Origin: a virus
IMG/VR virus record: IMGVR_UViG_3300033182_000991
Location: 32,001-96,000 of that record
Length of the DNA stretch: 64,000 nucleotides
Direction: 5' to 3' (one strand)
A program made the translations under genes and the position numbers. Shown here piece after piece: positions 28,702 to 37,894 of this stretch (its first letter is position 1; each line of letters begins with the position of its first letter). The notes below the pieces were generated by a model. It was given only the letters and a program-made list of their open reading frames with translations, was not told the origin of the DNA and did not search any database.

Positions 28702-29530
28702 AGTTCTTTGAAATATTGGTCATGTTTATGGACCGACTTTTGTATTATCTCTTCGGAGATTATCCTTTCCAAAGGAGTTGGACATAGACAGACACGGCGG
28801 TTTAGCGTCGTTAGATAACCCCTGTGAGGGGACTAAAGGGATTGAAGCGGGATTAGTACACCGTGGATATTCGCAGTCGTGAGGCTGACAACTAAACAAA
28901 GTGGCTACGGCTGATTCCCCGAGGGCAACTGCTGGGGGGAAGAGGTTACTCTGAGTCCGTGGAATATCAGAGTTGAGATGGTGACATCAACAGGAAAAGC
29001 TACAGGTGACGGTTCGACACACTCTGCAAGGTGTCGTAGGGCTGGGTACCAGTCTGATGGGTTTCCGAGACGTTAAAGTCTACGAAGTCCTGACTGACCG
29101 TAAGTTTGCAGACTTACAGAGAGGTGTGAAGCATTCTGTTCTCCAAAGGAACGGACCTTCTCCCGAAGCACATCTTTCCTTCTTCCACAATGCTAATTTA
29201 ATTAATCAATTAAATACGAGCAAGAGTCTTCGGGCGTTGACAACGAAAGGTGTCTAAAACTCCGAGTGTAAACTAACGGAGTCATTGATAGACCGCAAGT
29301 CTTTCAATGTCAATTACAAAAGACCTGTTGGGACGGCCATCCCTTCATGAACTCGCAAGGTTCAACAGAGTTAAGTAGTAGTTGAGTAGTTGTTAACGAA
29401 TACGAGTGGTTAACGTAAGTAACCGACACTGACTTGATACGATAGGCAACTATTGTGGACAATGTGAGCAACCGACTATTAGGGTACACTCACGAAAGAC
29501 AGGTCACATAAACGTGTAGTCTCAGCGTTC
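28702..29530 (+). ncRNA. Large structured non-coding RNA (~830 nt), GOLLD/ROOL-like
   Basis: No credible ORF; GC higher than flanks; more than 10 hairpins, many with GNRA/UUCG loops; bounded by promoter and terminator. Family assignment not verified. Confidence 0.75.
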
Positions 29531-29552
29531 TATACCTCATATACCTTCCTTG

Positions 29553-29583
29553 ACCTCGGTGCTAACCCACCGAGGTTTTTTTT
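29553..29583 (+). terminator. Intrinsic terminator of the large ncRNA
   Basis: acctcggtg-ctaacc-caccgaggt followed by T7. Confidence 0.85.
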
Positions 29584-29632
29584 ATGCTCTTAGTTGTTTG
29601 ATAAGAAAATATTTCTTATCTTTGTATAACAA

Positions 29633-29920
29633 ATGAAGACAACTATGGTATTAGAAAGAAACATCAAAATCATCCACCCACAATTCGGAGAACTATTGAA
29701 CGACTTCTACAATGACGAGGTTCAGTTTAAGTTGTTCCTTCAGATGGTTCACTCTTGTGTGGAGTTGAAGCAGGACCTATCGTTCTTCAACGGTCGTGAT
29801 TTCTACGTTCATGTTCCTTACGAACTTCTTCGTCAATCCATCATCTTGGGTAATACTAAACCTCAGGAGGAATTGACTTTGGGTCAGTATGCTGTCCGTA
29901 AATCTAAGATGGAGGAGTAA
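29633..29920 (+). CDS. Hypothetical protein
   Basis: 95-aa ORF downstream of TATCTTTG (29617-24). Confidence 0.6.
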   Translation: MKTTMVLERNIKIIHPQFGELLNDFYNDEVQFKLFLQMVHSCVELKQDLSFFNGRDFYVHVPYELLRQSIILGNTKPQEELTLGQYAVRKSKMEE

Positions 29921-29923
29921 GTT

Positions 29924-30085
29924 ATGGAGAAGTCGGTCATTGAACAAGCTATAGATATCTTTGAGGTCCACTCAAATGTATACCGTGATAAAAAAAATGA
30001 ATCACCTGAAATGGAGTTTTATTATAGAGGCAAAGCGGAAGCTTACGAACAGGCTATTCAGGTTCTAAAATCGTTATCTTCATAA
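29924..30085 (+). CDS. Small hypothetical protein (53 aa, not in ORF track)
   Basis: MEKSVIEQAIDIFEVH...YYRGKAEAYEQAIQVLKSLSS*. Confidence 0.5.
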   Translation: MEKSVIEQAIDIFEVHSNVYRDKKNESPEMEFYYRGKAEAYEQAIQVLKSLSS

Positions 30086-30088
30086 GTT

Positions 30089-30283
30089 ATGTATAAGGTC
30101 GGTGGTAGTGTTGTGATTCCTGAGACAAAGGAAATCAAGGAAATTAAAGAGATTGAGAGGTTCGAAGATGACGTTGTTATTTACACTACCGATGGAATGG
30201 CTTATGGTATTAGGGAATGTAGAACAGTGGATGACGCATTCAATGAAGAAATAGAAAAACTATTAGGTAAATGGAAAGTCTAA
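30089..30283 (+). CDS. Hypothetical protein
   Basis: 64-aa ORF. Confidence 0.5.
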   Translation: MYKVGGSVVIPETKEIKEIKEIERFEDDVVIYTTDGMAYGIRECRTVDDAFNEEIEKLLGKWKV

Positions 30284-30289
30284 AATTAC

Positions 30290-30416
30290 AATGGTAAACT
30301 TGATTTAATAGTTGAATAGGTTTATCATTTATTTCCCGAAAGGGTGGTGGAGTAGCCGACCTCACGTATAGCCGTGTCGGCCCCAAAGGTGGAGAGTTTT
30401 TTTCTCCACCTTTTTT
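30290..30416 (+). ncRNA. Candidate small structured RNA ending in a terminator
   Basis: Three stems (30290-30329, CCC-GAAA-GGG, GCCGAC/GTCGGC), then an aaaggtggaga/tctccaccttt hairpin and T run. Confidence 0.45.
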
Positions 30417-30437
30417 ATTTCCATGATATTTATGAGT

Positions 30438-31049
30438 ATGAATTTTATAAAAATACTTTCTGACGTTATTAGTGAACAGCCAAGACCGAGACAAGGTGCG
30501 TCACCAATCGGTGGGGGTGTTACGTCAAGTGGTGGTGCCGGTGTAAACGCAGGTGCAAACGCTGCCCAATCAAATAGTTCATCAAGTGGTTGGTCAAGAG
30601 TTTCTTCACATAGTTGGAAAAGTGGTAGTAAAATAGATTCACCATTGAAAAATCCTGGCAAATGTAAAAACTACGGTCAGTACAGAGGTTCAGGGCGTGG
30701 GTATCATAATGCTTGTGATATTTCAGTAAATGTTGGAACTGCAGTATTTGCACCTCATGATGGTACTTTCACTGAAGTGGATAACAGTGTATGTGGTAAT
30801 GGTATTATTATCAAAGGTCAAGATGAAAATGGTAAGGAATTACATTCAGGATTCTGTCACCTTAGAGGTCGTGAAGTGCCTTCTGACGGTAAGGTAAAAA
30901 AAGGTGACCTAATTGGGTTTACTGGTGGTGGTTATGTACATGGTTCACAAACAGAAAAAGAGCCAGGTGCGGGTAGAAGTTCAGGACCTCACTTACATTG
31001 GACTTTCAAAGTAGGGGGACAACCAACAAATCCGTATACCTATAATTAA
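30438..31049 (+). CDS. M23 family peptidase (peptidoglycan endopeptidase)
   Basis: HNACD (HxxxD), GTAVFAPHDG, FCHL, VKKGDLIG.TG, SSGPHLHW. Confidence 0.88.
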   Translation: MNFIKILSDVISEQPRPRQGASPIGGGVTSSGGAGVNAGANAAQSNSSSSGWSRVSSHSWKSGSKIDSPLKNPGKCKNYGQYRGSGRGYHNACDISVNVGTAVFAPHDGTFTEVDNSVCGNGIIIKGQDENGKELHSGFCHLRGREVPSDGKVKKGDLIGFTGGGYVHGSQTEKEPGAGRSSGPHLHWTFKVGGQPTNPYTYN

Positions 31050-31092
31050 TTTTATTGGAAACATAATATATTTATAAATAAAGATAAAAAGT

Positions 31093-31392
31093 ATGGCAAA
31101 CATTATTCTAACAGAAGCACAATTGGAGAGGTTGAAGGCTTCCTTGACTGAAGGAAAATATGATGGGTCGTACATGGCGAAACAACAACTCTTTACCATC
31201 GCCACCTTAGCATATAAGATGTGGGAGATGATGGAAGATGGTGAACAATTGGAAGATTGGATGGAGAGTAAGTTGGCTCAAGCAGAACAAGGCGTAGTTG
31301 CCGTAGTGAAAGCGTACATGTATGATGAGGTCGAGGAAGAATTAACAGGTATGAGTAAATTAGACTATTCCGATTTAGTCATCGGAAAATAG
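31093..31392 (+). CDS. Conserved phage hypothetical protein
   Basis: MAKQQL...LEDWMESKLAQA; N-terminal IILTEAQL leader. Confidence 0.6.
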   Translation: MANIILTEAQLERLKASLTEGKYDGSYMAKQQLFTIATLAYKMWEMMEDGEQLEDWMESKLAQAEQGVVAVVKAYMYDEVEEELTGMSKLDYSDLVIGK

Positions 31393-31484
31393 GTGAAAAA
31401 ATAATTGATTATTAAGACCCCTTTGTTATAATAGACGAAGGGGTTTTTTAATGCCCGATTAACAATAACAATAACAAAAATATT

Positions 31485-31694
31485 ATGCAAAACTATCTAA
31501 AGTTTAACACAAAAAAACACAAATTGTCTGTCATCTATGAAGATGGTACAGTCGGAGTTTCTGACCTTGAGAATGTGACAACAATCAGAGAAGGTGAAGG
31601 TTTCTATGAGGTTCTTCAAAGACAAGAGAATGGTAAGAACGCACCAATCTACAGATTTCCAATCCATAACACAGTGATTAGATATTTCCACTAA
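31485..31694 (+). CDS. Hypothetical protein
   Basis: 69-aa ORF coupled to thyA. Confidence 0.55.
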   Translation: MQNYLKFNTKKHKLSVIYEDGTVGVSDLENVTTIREGEGFYEVLQRQENGKNAPIYRFPIHNTVIRYFH

Positions 31695-32638
31695 TGAACC
31701 AATTAGATATTGACTATCAGGATTTATTAAAAGACATCATGACTAATGGTGTTGAGAAGCGTGACCGAACAGGTACTGGTACGGTTTCGGTCTTTGGTCG
31801 TCAGATAAGACACGATATGAGTAAAGGGTTTCCATTGTTGACTACTAAGAAGATGGCGATTAAGACCATGATGACGGAATTAAAGTGGTTCCTCAAAGGA
31901 GATACCAACATCAAGTATTTGGTGGAGAACGGGTGTAACATTTGGAATGGTGATGCATATAAGAGATATAAGGAAGATAAGGGAACCTTGGCTATGGGTC
32001 CTGAATCCTTCATCCAAAGGATTAAAAGTAGTGACAGGTTTGCTGAGAAGTGGGGAGACTTAGGTCCTATTTACGGACATCAATGGAGACAATGGACTGT
32101 GGAAGAAGACACTTCATATGGTGGTAAATACGTTTGGATTGACCAAATCCAACATCTTATTCGACAGTTAAAAGAGAATCCAGATTCTCGCAGGTTAATG
32201 GTTTCAGCGTGGAATGTAGGTGAATTACATGAAATGGTTCTACCACCTTGTCACTATGGATTCCAAGTGTATACAAGAAAGACTACACGAGAAGAAAAGA
32301 TTACTAATCCAGGTAAGTATCGTGCTATCTCCCTAATGTGGAATCAGAGAAGTGTTGATACATTCTTAGGGTTACCATTTAATATTGCTTCATACGCAAC
32401 ATTACTTCTTTTATTATGTGAAGAAGTGGGTATGGTTCCTGGTGAGTTGGTTGGTAACTTAGGTGATACTCACTTATATAGTAATCACATTGAACAAGCG
32501 AACATACAATGTGGAAGACAATCGTATAACCTACCAATGATTAAGTTGAGTAATGTGGATATTCTAAATGGTGAGTTTGATTATGAAATCATTGGGTACG
32601 AAAGTCATCCATCCATCAAAGCACCGTTAAGTAATTAA
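31694..32638 (+). CDS. thyA: Thymidylate synthase
   Basis: DRTGTGT, FPLLTTKK, LGPIYGHQWR, PDSRRLMVSAWN, LPPCH, QRSVDTFLGLPFNIASY, GDTHLYSNH. Confidence 0.97.
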   Translation: MNQLDIDYQDLLKDIMTNGVEKRDRTGTGTVSVFGRQIRHDMSKGFPLLTTKKMAIKTMMTELKWFLKGDTNIKYLVENGCNIWNGDAYKRYKEDKGTLAMGPESFIQRIKSSDRFAEKWGDLGPIYGHQWRQWTVEEDTSYGGKYVWIDQIQHLIRQLKENPDSRRLMVSAWNVGELHEMVLPPCHYGFQVYTRKTTREEKITNPGKYRAISLMWNQRSVDTFLGLPFNIASYATLLLLLCEEVGMVPGELVGNLGDTHLYSNHIEQANIQCGRQSYNLPMIKLSNVDILNGEFDYEIIGYESHPSIKAPLSN

Positions 32639-32639
32639 A

Positions 32640-32879
32640 ATGGAGATAACTATCAATTCACACGAGTTCAATCCTGAAATCAGGGAGATGTACCACAATA
32701 AGATGTTTGAATCCATCTCTATTGATTACATGTATAATGCGGCGATGGGTTGGAGTGAAGGTGTTGAGTATGTGATTATAGACTTTGACAAATACTTCAG
32801 GTTGGACAATAGGTTCAATACCTATGAGTTGGAAACACATCCTTTTAAGATAGTTATTAATATAAAGGTAAATAGATGA
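32640..32879 (+). CDS. Hypothetical protein
   Basis: 79-aa ORF in an operon. Confidence 0.5.
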   Translation: MEITINSHEFNPEIREMYHNKMFESISIDYMYNAAMGWSEGVEYVIIDFDKYFRLDNRFNTYELETHPFKIVINIKVNR

Positions 32880-33256
32880 GGGATATAAAAGGAGGTTTGG
32901 TGGATTACATTCGTGAGATGTATGAAATACAATACTCTCCTTTTCCCAATCGTCGTTTGGTCATCAAACACTGCAACGAGAATTTTAAGGATAAGGACAT
33001 CACCGTTGTTCCTATTACTGTGGGTAAGGAGGTTAATGTAGATTTCCTTTGGGGAAAGTCTAAGAAGGTCACCGCGATAGATTTATACCGTAAAGACTTC
33101 AATGATATGCCAGGTAATGTGATGAAGATGTTCCGTCACAAAAGGAGTTTGGATTTCTACGATTTTTTGATTAATACTGATGAACCGATTAGTATTCCTT
33201 TAACTATGGTTCCTGAGGAGTTTCCCTTACTTTTTATTATTGAGGAAGGTGAATAA
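32876..33256 (+). CDS. Hypothetical protein
   Basis: 126-aa ORF with ATGA overlap. Confidence 0.5.
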   Translation: MRDIKGGLVDYIREMYEIQYSPFPNRRLVIKHCNENFKDKDITVVPITVGKEVNVDFLWGKSKKVTAIDLYRKDFNDMPGNVMKMFRHKRSLDFYDFLINTDEPISIPLTMVPEEFPLLFIIEEGE

Positions 33257-34111
33257 GTTTTCTATAGTTTCAAAGTCAGATGACCCTGTTTCTTTATAGT
33301 GACCATAGCTTACTATGGGGTGACTTATTCCGTTAACAAGTATTTCCAATTGTGAATAGTAATCTTCATAGAGTCCTTCGTCCCATGAAACATGTTGACC
33401 TAAACAATTATAGAATTCAGGAATAATGGTTCCTGAATCAATTTGTTCTTGTATTGCAAAGGATGTTGAAGATAGTATGGAATTGATGACTTCTTTTTCA
33501 CTGTCCCAATATTGTCCACCATCTTCACCGCCATGGTTTACAAATTCTTTTATATCTTCAAGTGTTACTTTTACTGATTGACCATCTTTGTTGGTTAAAA
33601 GAATATAATCAGGGACAACATAGATATAAAAAATAAGATAAGCATCATTGGATTCTATGTCACTACTCATTATGGTATTGTTTACCAAAGTTACAGTATA
33701 GTCACCCATAGCTTCACTTACATTTATAAATGCGGTTCTGAGTTTAGTTGGATTATTTTCTATGTATTCTATTGTTGAGTTAAAACAATCCAATACAGGT
33801 TGACTCACTTTTACATTGTATGAATTACCTGTTAAGGTGTCTCCGTTATATTCTATTATGATATCAACATCAGAATAAACTTCCATAGTGATTGGTAAGT
33901 ATCTTGAAGCATCTTTGAAGGACCTCCAAACCTTTTCGTTGATTAAATTTCTGCTTATAATAGGTACAACATTGTCGGGGTCAACAAGATTTGCGATGAT
34001 ACCCGTATCATCAGTTCGGTATTCTATTTTATAGTCTCCCTGTGATGAAAAAATGGCATTTAATAACTTAACGACAAGTTCTTTCCCTTTATTTAATTCT
34101 TCTGCAGTCAT
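33227..34111 (-). CDS. Hypothetical protein
   Basis: 294-aa ORF; GTATTTATA upstream. Confidence 0.6.
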   Translation of the reverse strand: MTAEELNKGKELVVKLLNAIFSSQGDYKIEYRTDDTGIIANLVDPDNVVPIISRNLINEKVWRSFKDASRYLPITMEVYSDVDIIIEYNGDTLTGNSYNVKVSQPVLDCFNSTIEYIENNPTKLRTAFINVSEAMGDYTVTLVNNTIMSSDIESNDAYLIFYIYVVPDYILLTNKDGQSVKVTLEDIKEFVNHGGEDGGQYWDSEKEVINSILSSTSFAIQEQIDSGTIIPEFYNCLGQHVSWDEGLYEDYYSQLEILVNGISHPIVSYGHYKETGSSDFETIENLFTFLNNKK

Positions 34112-34138
34112 ATAATTGAAGTATTAACTATAAATACT

Positions 34139-34441
34139 ATGAGTTCAATAAATAAGATAATCCCAAAGGTCTTTTCTACCCTTACTTATGAGTTTGGTAA
34201 GGAGAAGATTATCTATGATATTATCTTTGAAAGTGTGATGGGTTGGGACTTTGAGGGTTCTCCGAGATTGAGCACGGTGGTGAAGTTTGAAAGACAAACA
34301 CCAAAGACAAAGGTGACGGTGGCTAATCGGGTTCTTAATGAACACCTGTGGAAAGAGATGAACGATAAGTGTCATTATCTCGGTGTAAATCATATTCATG
34401 TAAGTCTAAGTAAAGATATCAGCAAGACTGAATGTATATAA
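34139..34441 (+). CDS. Hypothetical protein
   Basis: 100-aa ORF. Confidence 0.45.
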   Translation: MSSINKIIPKVFSTLTYEFGKEKIIYDIIFESVMGWDFEGSPRLSTVVKFERQTPKTKVTVANRVLNEHLWKEMNDKCHYLGVNHIHVSLSKDISKTECI

Positions 34442-34465
34442 TAAAACTATGAAGTATTTATTGGT

Positions 34466-35236
34466 ATGGATATAGTTGACAAATACTTTGAGATTGCTGG
34501 TGATGTTATTGATGATAAGATTATCAAGTATATGGGACTTAACAGAGACCAAGAACAAGAGGTTCAGAAAAGGTTATCTGATAAGTTGGGTAGAGAAGGT
34601 ATTGACCAAGTCATGCAAGAAAAAGGTAAAGGTGTTATTGAATTCTCTTGTGGTGGTTATGACCTGAGGTTTGTTGTTACCTACTATGACATTGAAGTGG
34701 ACCATCTCGGGTTCTATTATCTTGAGGAGATTGATGTTGCCATCGACCCTAAATCCACGGTTGAATTATTTGATAATAATGTAACTTATAAGTTGGGTGA
34801 CTTATATAATTATTCAGATATTGATGAGTTGAATGCCAATTACAATAGTGAAGAAGAGCCAATTACTGAAGATAATATTAACGAGATTGGTTATGAAGTT
34901 AGAAACTGTATCCAAGATTGGTATTATAGGGATGTGTATAACTTTACTGGTGCTGAATTTGGAGATGTTTACCCATCCAATGCATCTGTGGACCAATTAG
35001 TTGAACAATATGGATTGAACGAACAACTAAAAGGGTATGATACCAAACCTTTCGCCTTACATGCCGACATCTTTGAAAAGTTATGGGATGGTTTTATGAA
35101 TAACAATTTGTTAGTAACCTATCTATCGTTAAGAATGAAGATGCCAAAAAGACAGGAGTATGTAGATTACTTCTATGAGTTCATCATGGATAATGGGGAA
35201 CATATCAAAAGAAAAGAAGAGAAAAGGAATCAATAA
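34466..35236 (+). CDS. Hypothetical protein
   Basis: 256-aa ORF; GTATTTAT upstream. Confidence 0.6.
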   Translation: MDIVDKYFEIAGDVIDDKIIKYMGLNRDQEQEVQKRLSDKLGREGIDQVMQEKGKGVIEFSCGGYDLRFVVTYYDIEVDHLGFYYLEEIDVAIDPKSTVELFDNNVTYKLGDLYNYSDIDELNANYNSEEEPITEDNINEIGYEVRNCIQDWYYRDVYNFTGAEFGDVYPSNASVDQLVEQYGLNEQLKGYDTKPFALHADIFEKLWDGFMNNNLLVTYLSLRMKMPKRQEYVDYFYEFIMDNGEHIKRKEEKRNQ

Positions 35237-36534
35237 TTAATCCACCAGTCAATTTCGTTGTAATCTCTAAGCATTGTCAAGTGTTTGTATTTCCCAACAA
35301 TATTCCAAACCGTATTTTCAAATACTCCAATATGTTCATTAGGAATATCGTGACCACCAGCCTCAATAGTTATTCCTGGGTAATCGTCTTCACGATAATA
35401 AACATTAATCCAAGTATCATTTGCTTGTGCGGTGGTAAATACGTCACTCTTAATTAACTCTTCGTGTAGTTCTTTTGTTGCGTCGTGAGCTTCGTCATCA
35501 AGGAAGTCGTGATTAAAATAGGATATACCGATGTATACTTGACGTTGTATTCCTAAATACTTTTCAACCGTCTCTATCACTTCTTCTAAATTATATATTA
35601 CTTCAGAGTATTTTTCGTCGTAATTTTCGTGACTGTCGAGAATTCTACTTACATCAACATCTATATCCAGGCTGATATAATCTTTCTCACGATGTGGCAT
35701 TCTGTAAATTTTATAAGATACATCTAATCCATTAAAGAACAGTGCTTCGAGTAACTTTTTGACTGACGAGAATATTACATATTCATTTTCATCGTCTACA
35801 CTACCTGGTGTTGGTTCCACTTTCTCCCAATCTTCATTGATACCGTCTTCCAAAGACATGGACCAAACCTCATCAGATTTTGATTCTTCGTAGTTTTGCT
35901 CAAAATCTAACTGTAGTTGTTCTAAATCCATATCAATGATACATTGACCTTGTGAACCTTCATTGATTTCCCATCCGCCGAAGTTGATACTTAACATTCT
36001 GTAGAACATATCTTCAGCAGGTTCATAGATTTTGGTAGGACCATCAAAGTCAGAGTTACCATTCTCTTCAATATAACCTGAGTCACCACCACCATAGAAT
36101 TGGAATGTGATATTACCTCTACAGATTTCTTCTTTTTTACAATAGTGGTCAATGATTTCTTTTACTTCTGGCTCTTGTTCTGTATCTACGGTAACCGTAA
36201 CCGTATCTTCAGTGTACAATTCTGAATATTGTTCGTAAACTGAGATGGTTTTTGTATCAGGATAAAGTCTTACTTCAAAACCGTAAGGGTCATCACTGTT
36301 TACCATGTCAAACTCATTTTGGTGGTTATCAATTAATACCTCCAACTCTTGTGTGATATCTAATGGAAGACGGACTGTTCCTAATCTATAATTTGATGAT
36401 ATACATCCCCACTGACTATTTTGGTCATGAAAGTTCATGGTGTAGTAGTCACCTTCCTTTTCGGCGTATCGACAACCATTCAGTTTCAGGTAATCAAAGA
36501 TTAAGGATAATTTCTTTTTTAAGTCTGCGTCCAT
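35230..36534 (-). CDS. Multi-domain hypothetical protein containing a DUF6878-like segment
   Basis: FYGGGDSGYIE...GGWEINEGSQG motif. Confidence 0.55.
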   Translation of the reverse strand: MDADLKKKLSLIFDYLKLNGCRYAEKEGDYYTMNFHDQNSQWGCISSNYRLGTVRLPLDITQELEVLIDNHQNEFDMVNSDDPYGFEVRLYPDTKTISVYEQYSELYTEDTVTVTVDTEQEPEVKEIIDHYCKKEEICRGNITFQFYGGGDSGYIEENGNSDFDGPTKIYEPAEDMFYRMLSINFGGWEINEGSQGQCIIDMDLEQLQLDFEQNYEESKSDEVWSMSLEDGINEDWEKVEPTPGSVDDENEYVIFSSVKKLLEALFFNGLDVSYKIYRMPHREKDYISLDIDVDVSRILDSHENYDEKYSEVIYNLEEVIETVEKYLGIQRQVYIGISYFNHDFLDDEAHDATKELHEELIKSDVFTTAQANDTWINVYYREDDYPGITIEAGGHDIPNEHIGVFENTVWNIVGKYKHLTMLRDYNEIDWWINY

Positions 36535-36546
36535 AGACTATAAATA

Positions 36547-36900
36547 TTAGTCTTCTATGTTTAATTTCATAGTTTTCATCATCCAAATGGGTTTTTTCTC
36601 TGATAGAATACCTTCAATCCATTCTTTTGCGGTTGGGACGTGGTTGTTGCAATCTTCTCTAACGTGTTGTTCTCCGATGTAACGAGTATAAACGGTTTTC
36701 CCGTCACTATTTTCAAAAGACATGCCAAATACTTCCTCACACTCAAAGATACCCTCAGAGTGGTGTCTAAACATTCTGTGATAGATGTGTGCATACCAAC
36801 CTTTTGTTTCGTCAAACCATTGGTGTATGTGGATGTAATCATCGGGAGTTCCACCGAACTTCTGTGCTGATGATATTGAGTGTTGCCAAGGATGTGCCAT
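36547..36900 (-). CDS. DUF6915-like protein
   Basis: MAHPWQHS.SSA.KFGG..DY..IH.WFDETK..HR.FRHHSEGIF..EQHVREDC. Confidence 0.7.
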   Translation of the reverse strand: MAHPWQHSISSAQKFGGTPDDYIHIHQWFDETKGWYAHIYHRMFRHHSEGIFECEEVFGMSFENSDGKTVYTRYIGEQHVREDCNNHVPTAKEWIEGILSEKKPIWMMKTMKLNIED

Positions 36901-37071
36901 AAGTTTTATTTTAATAGTAGAAAGTTTGTTGTAAATGTGTATATTTGTTGTATTAACTAAACTACTTATAAATATGGATGACCAATTTGAAGACTTCGTA
37001 GACTTTTACGATAAGAATGTCTATTCTGAGCCTACGTTCTCTGAAGATTAAAGACAAAAAACAAAAAACAT

Positions 37072-37890
37072 ATGAGAAGATTATTACTCTTAGTGGTATG
37101 TGCATTTTTTACACACACCACTTTTGCTCAAAGTGAGAGGGACCAAAAGATTCAAAAGGTAGAAGAGAAACGTTCTAATACCAACGTTAATACCAACTCT
37201 AATACCAACAACTATAACCAAGGATATCAAAATGGGTATAACCGTGGTTACAATGATGGTTCATGGAATAATAGATATAGGACCACCTACTATTATAATC
37301 CATATGATGTGGGTTACTATCCTTATTGGAATACCAATCGTAGATGGGACAATCGTGATTATGTAATGACCACAGATAATGAGTTGGTCCGTAGTAATAC
37401 TTCAAAGCCGATGAGAGTATCTTTCGGTGTTTTGATGGAAAGAGATATGTTCCAAAGTCAGTTGTCTCCTTATTTCATTACGGGTGGTGAATCGTTTATG
37501 ATTGTTCAATACCATATGACCTTACCACTTATGTATCCATATTATGATAATATCACAACATGGGAAGTTCAGGATTGGGGTGATGAGTCTCGTGGTAATG
37601 TAGAAGTCAAAGGAGATTTCTCTGTTGGTGCGGGTAGGACCATAGATAGATTCTCACCATTTGTTACTGTGGGGATTACATCAAGGAAAAGATATGATGC
37701 CTATCACGATGAGTTATGGGTGTTGTCTTCGCCCAATCAAAATGGCATATACTTGATTAATGAGCAAAAAAGCGTTAATATGAGCATTCGTGGTGGGTTT
37801 TTATACCACTGGGAATATTTGGAAATAATTACACAAGCCCGTTACGATGGAAGATTAGGTATCGGTATGGGTTTGGGATTAAAACTATAA
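37072..37890 (+). CDS. Secreted/outer-membrane protein (signal peptide, N/Y-rich linker, beta-rich C-terminus)
   Basis: MRRLLLLVV...TFAQ signal peptide; alternating C-terminal strand GIGMGLGLKL. Confidence 0.55.
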   Translation: MRRLLLLVVCAFFTHTTFAQSERDQKIQKVEEKRSNTNVNTNSNTNNYNQGYQNGYNRGYNDGSWNNRYRTTYYYNPYDVGYYPYWNTNRRWDNRDYVMTTDNELVRSNTSKPMRVSFGVLMERDMFQSQLSPYFITGGESFMIVQYHMTLPLMYPYYDNITTWEVQDWGDESRGNVEVKGDFSVGAGRTIDRFSPFVTVGITSRKRYDAYHDELWVLSSPNQNGIYLINEQKSVNMSIRGGFLYHWEYLEIITQARYDGRLGIGMGLGLKL

Positions 37891-37894
37891 CAAC

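Noticed and set aside
29006-29257. 83-aa ORF
   Set aside because: Lies inside the structured RNA, has a GTG start and atypical composition
28702-29530. Group I/II intron, rRNA fragment or tmRNA
   Set aside because: No interrupted gene, no recognisable domain V, rRNA or tRNA-like ends; has its own promoter and terminator. Not formally excluded without covariance-model search
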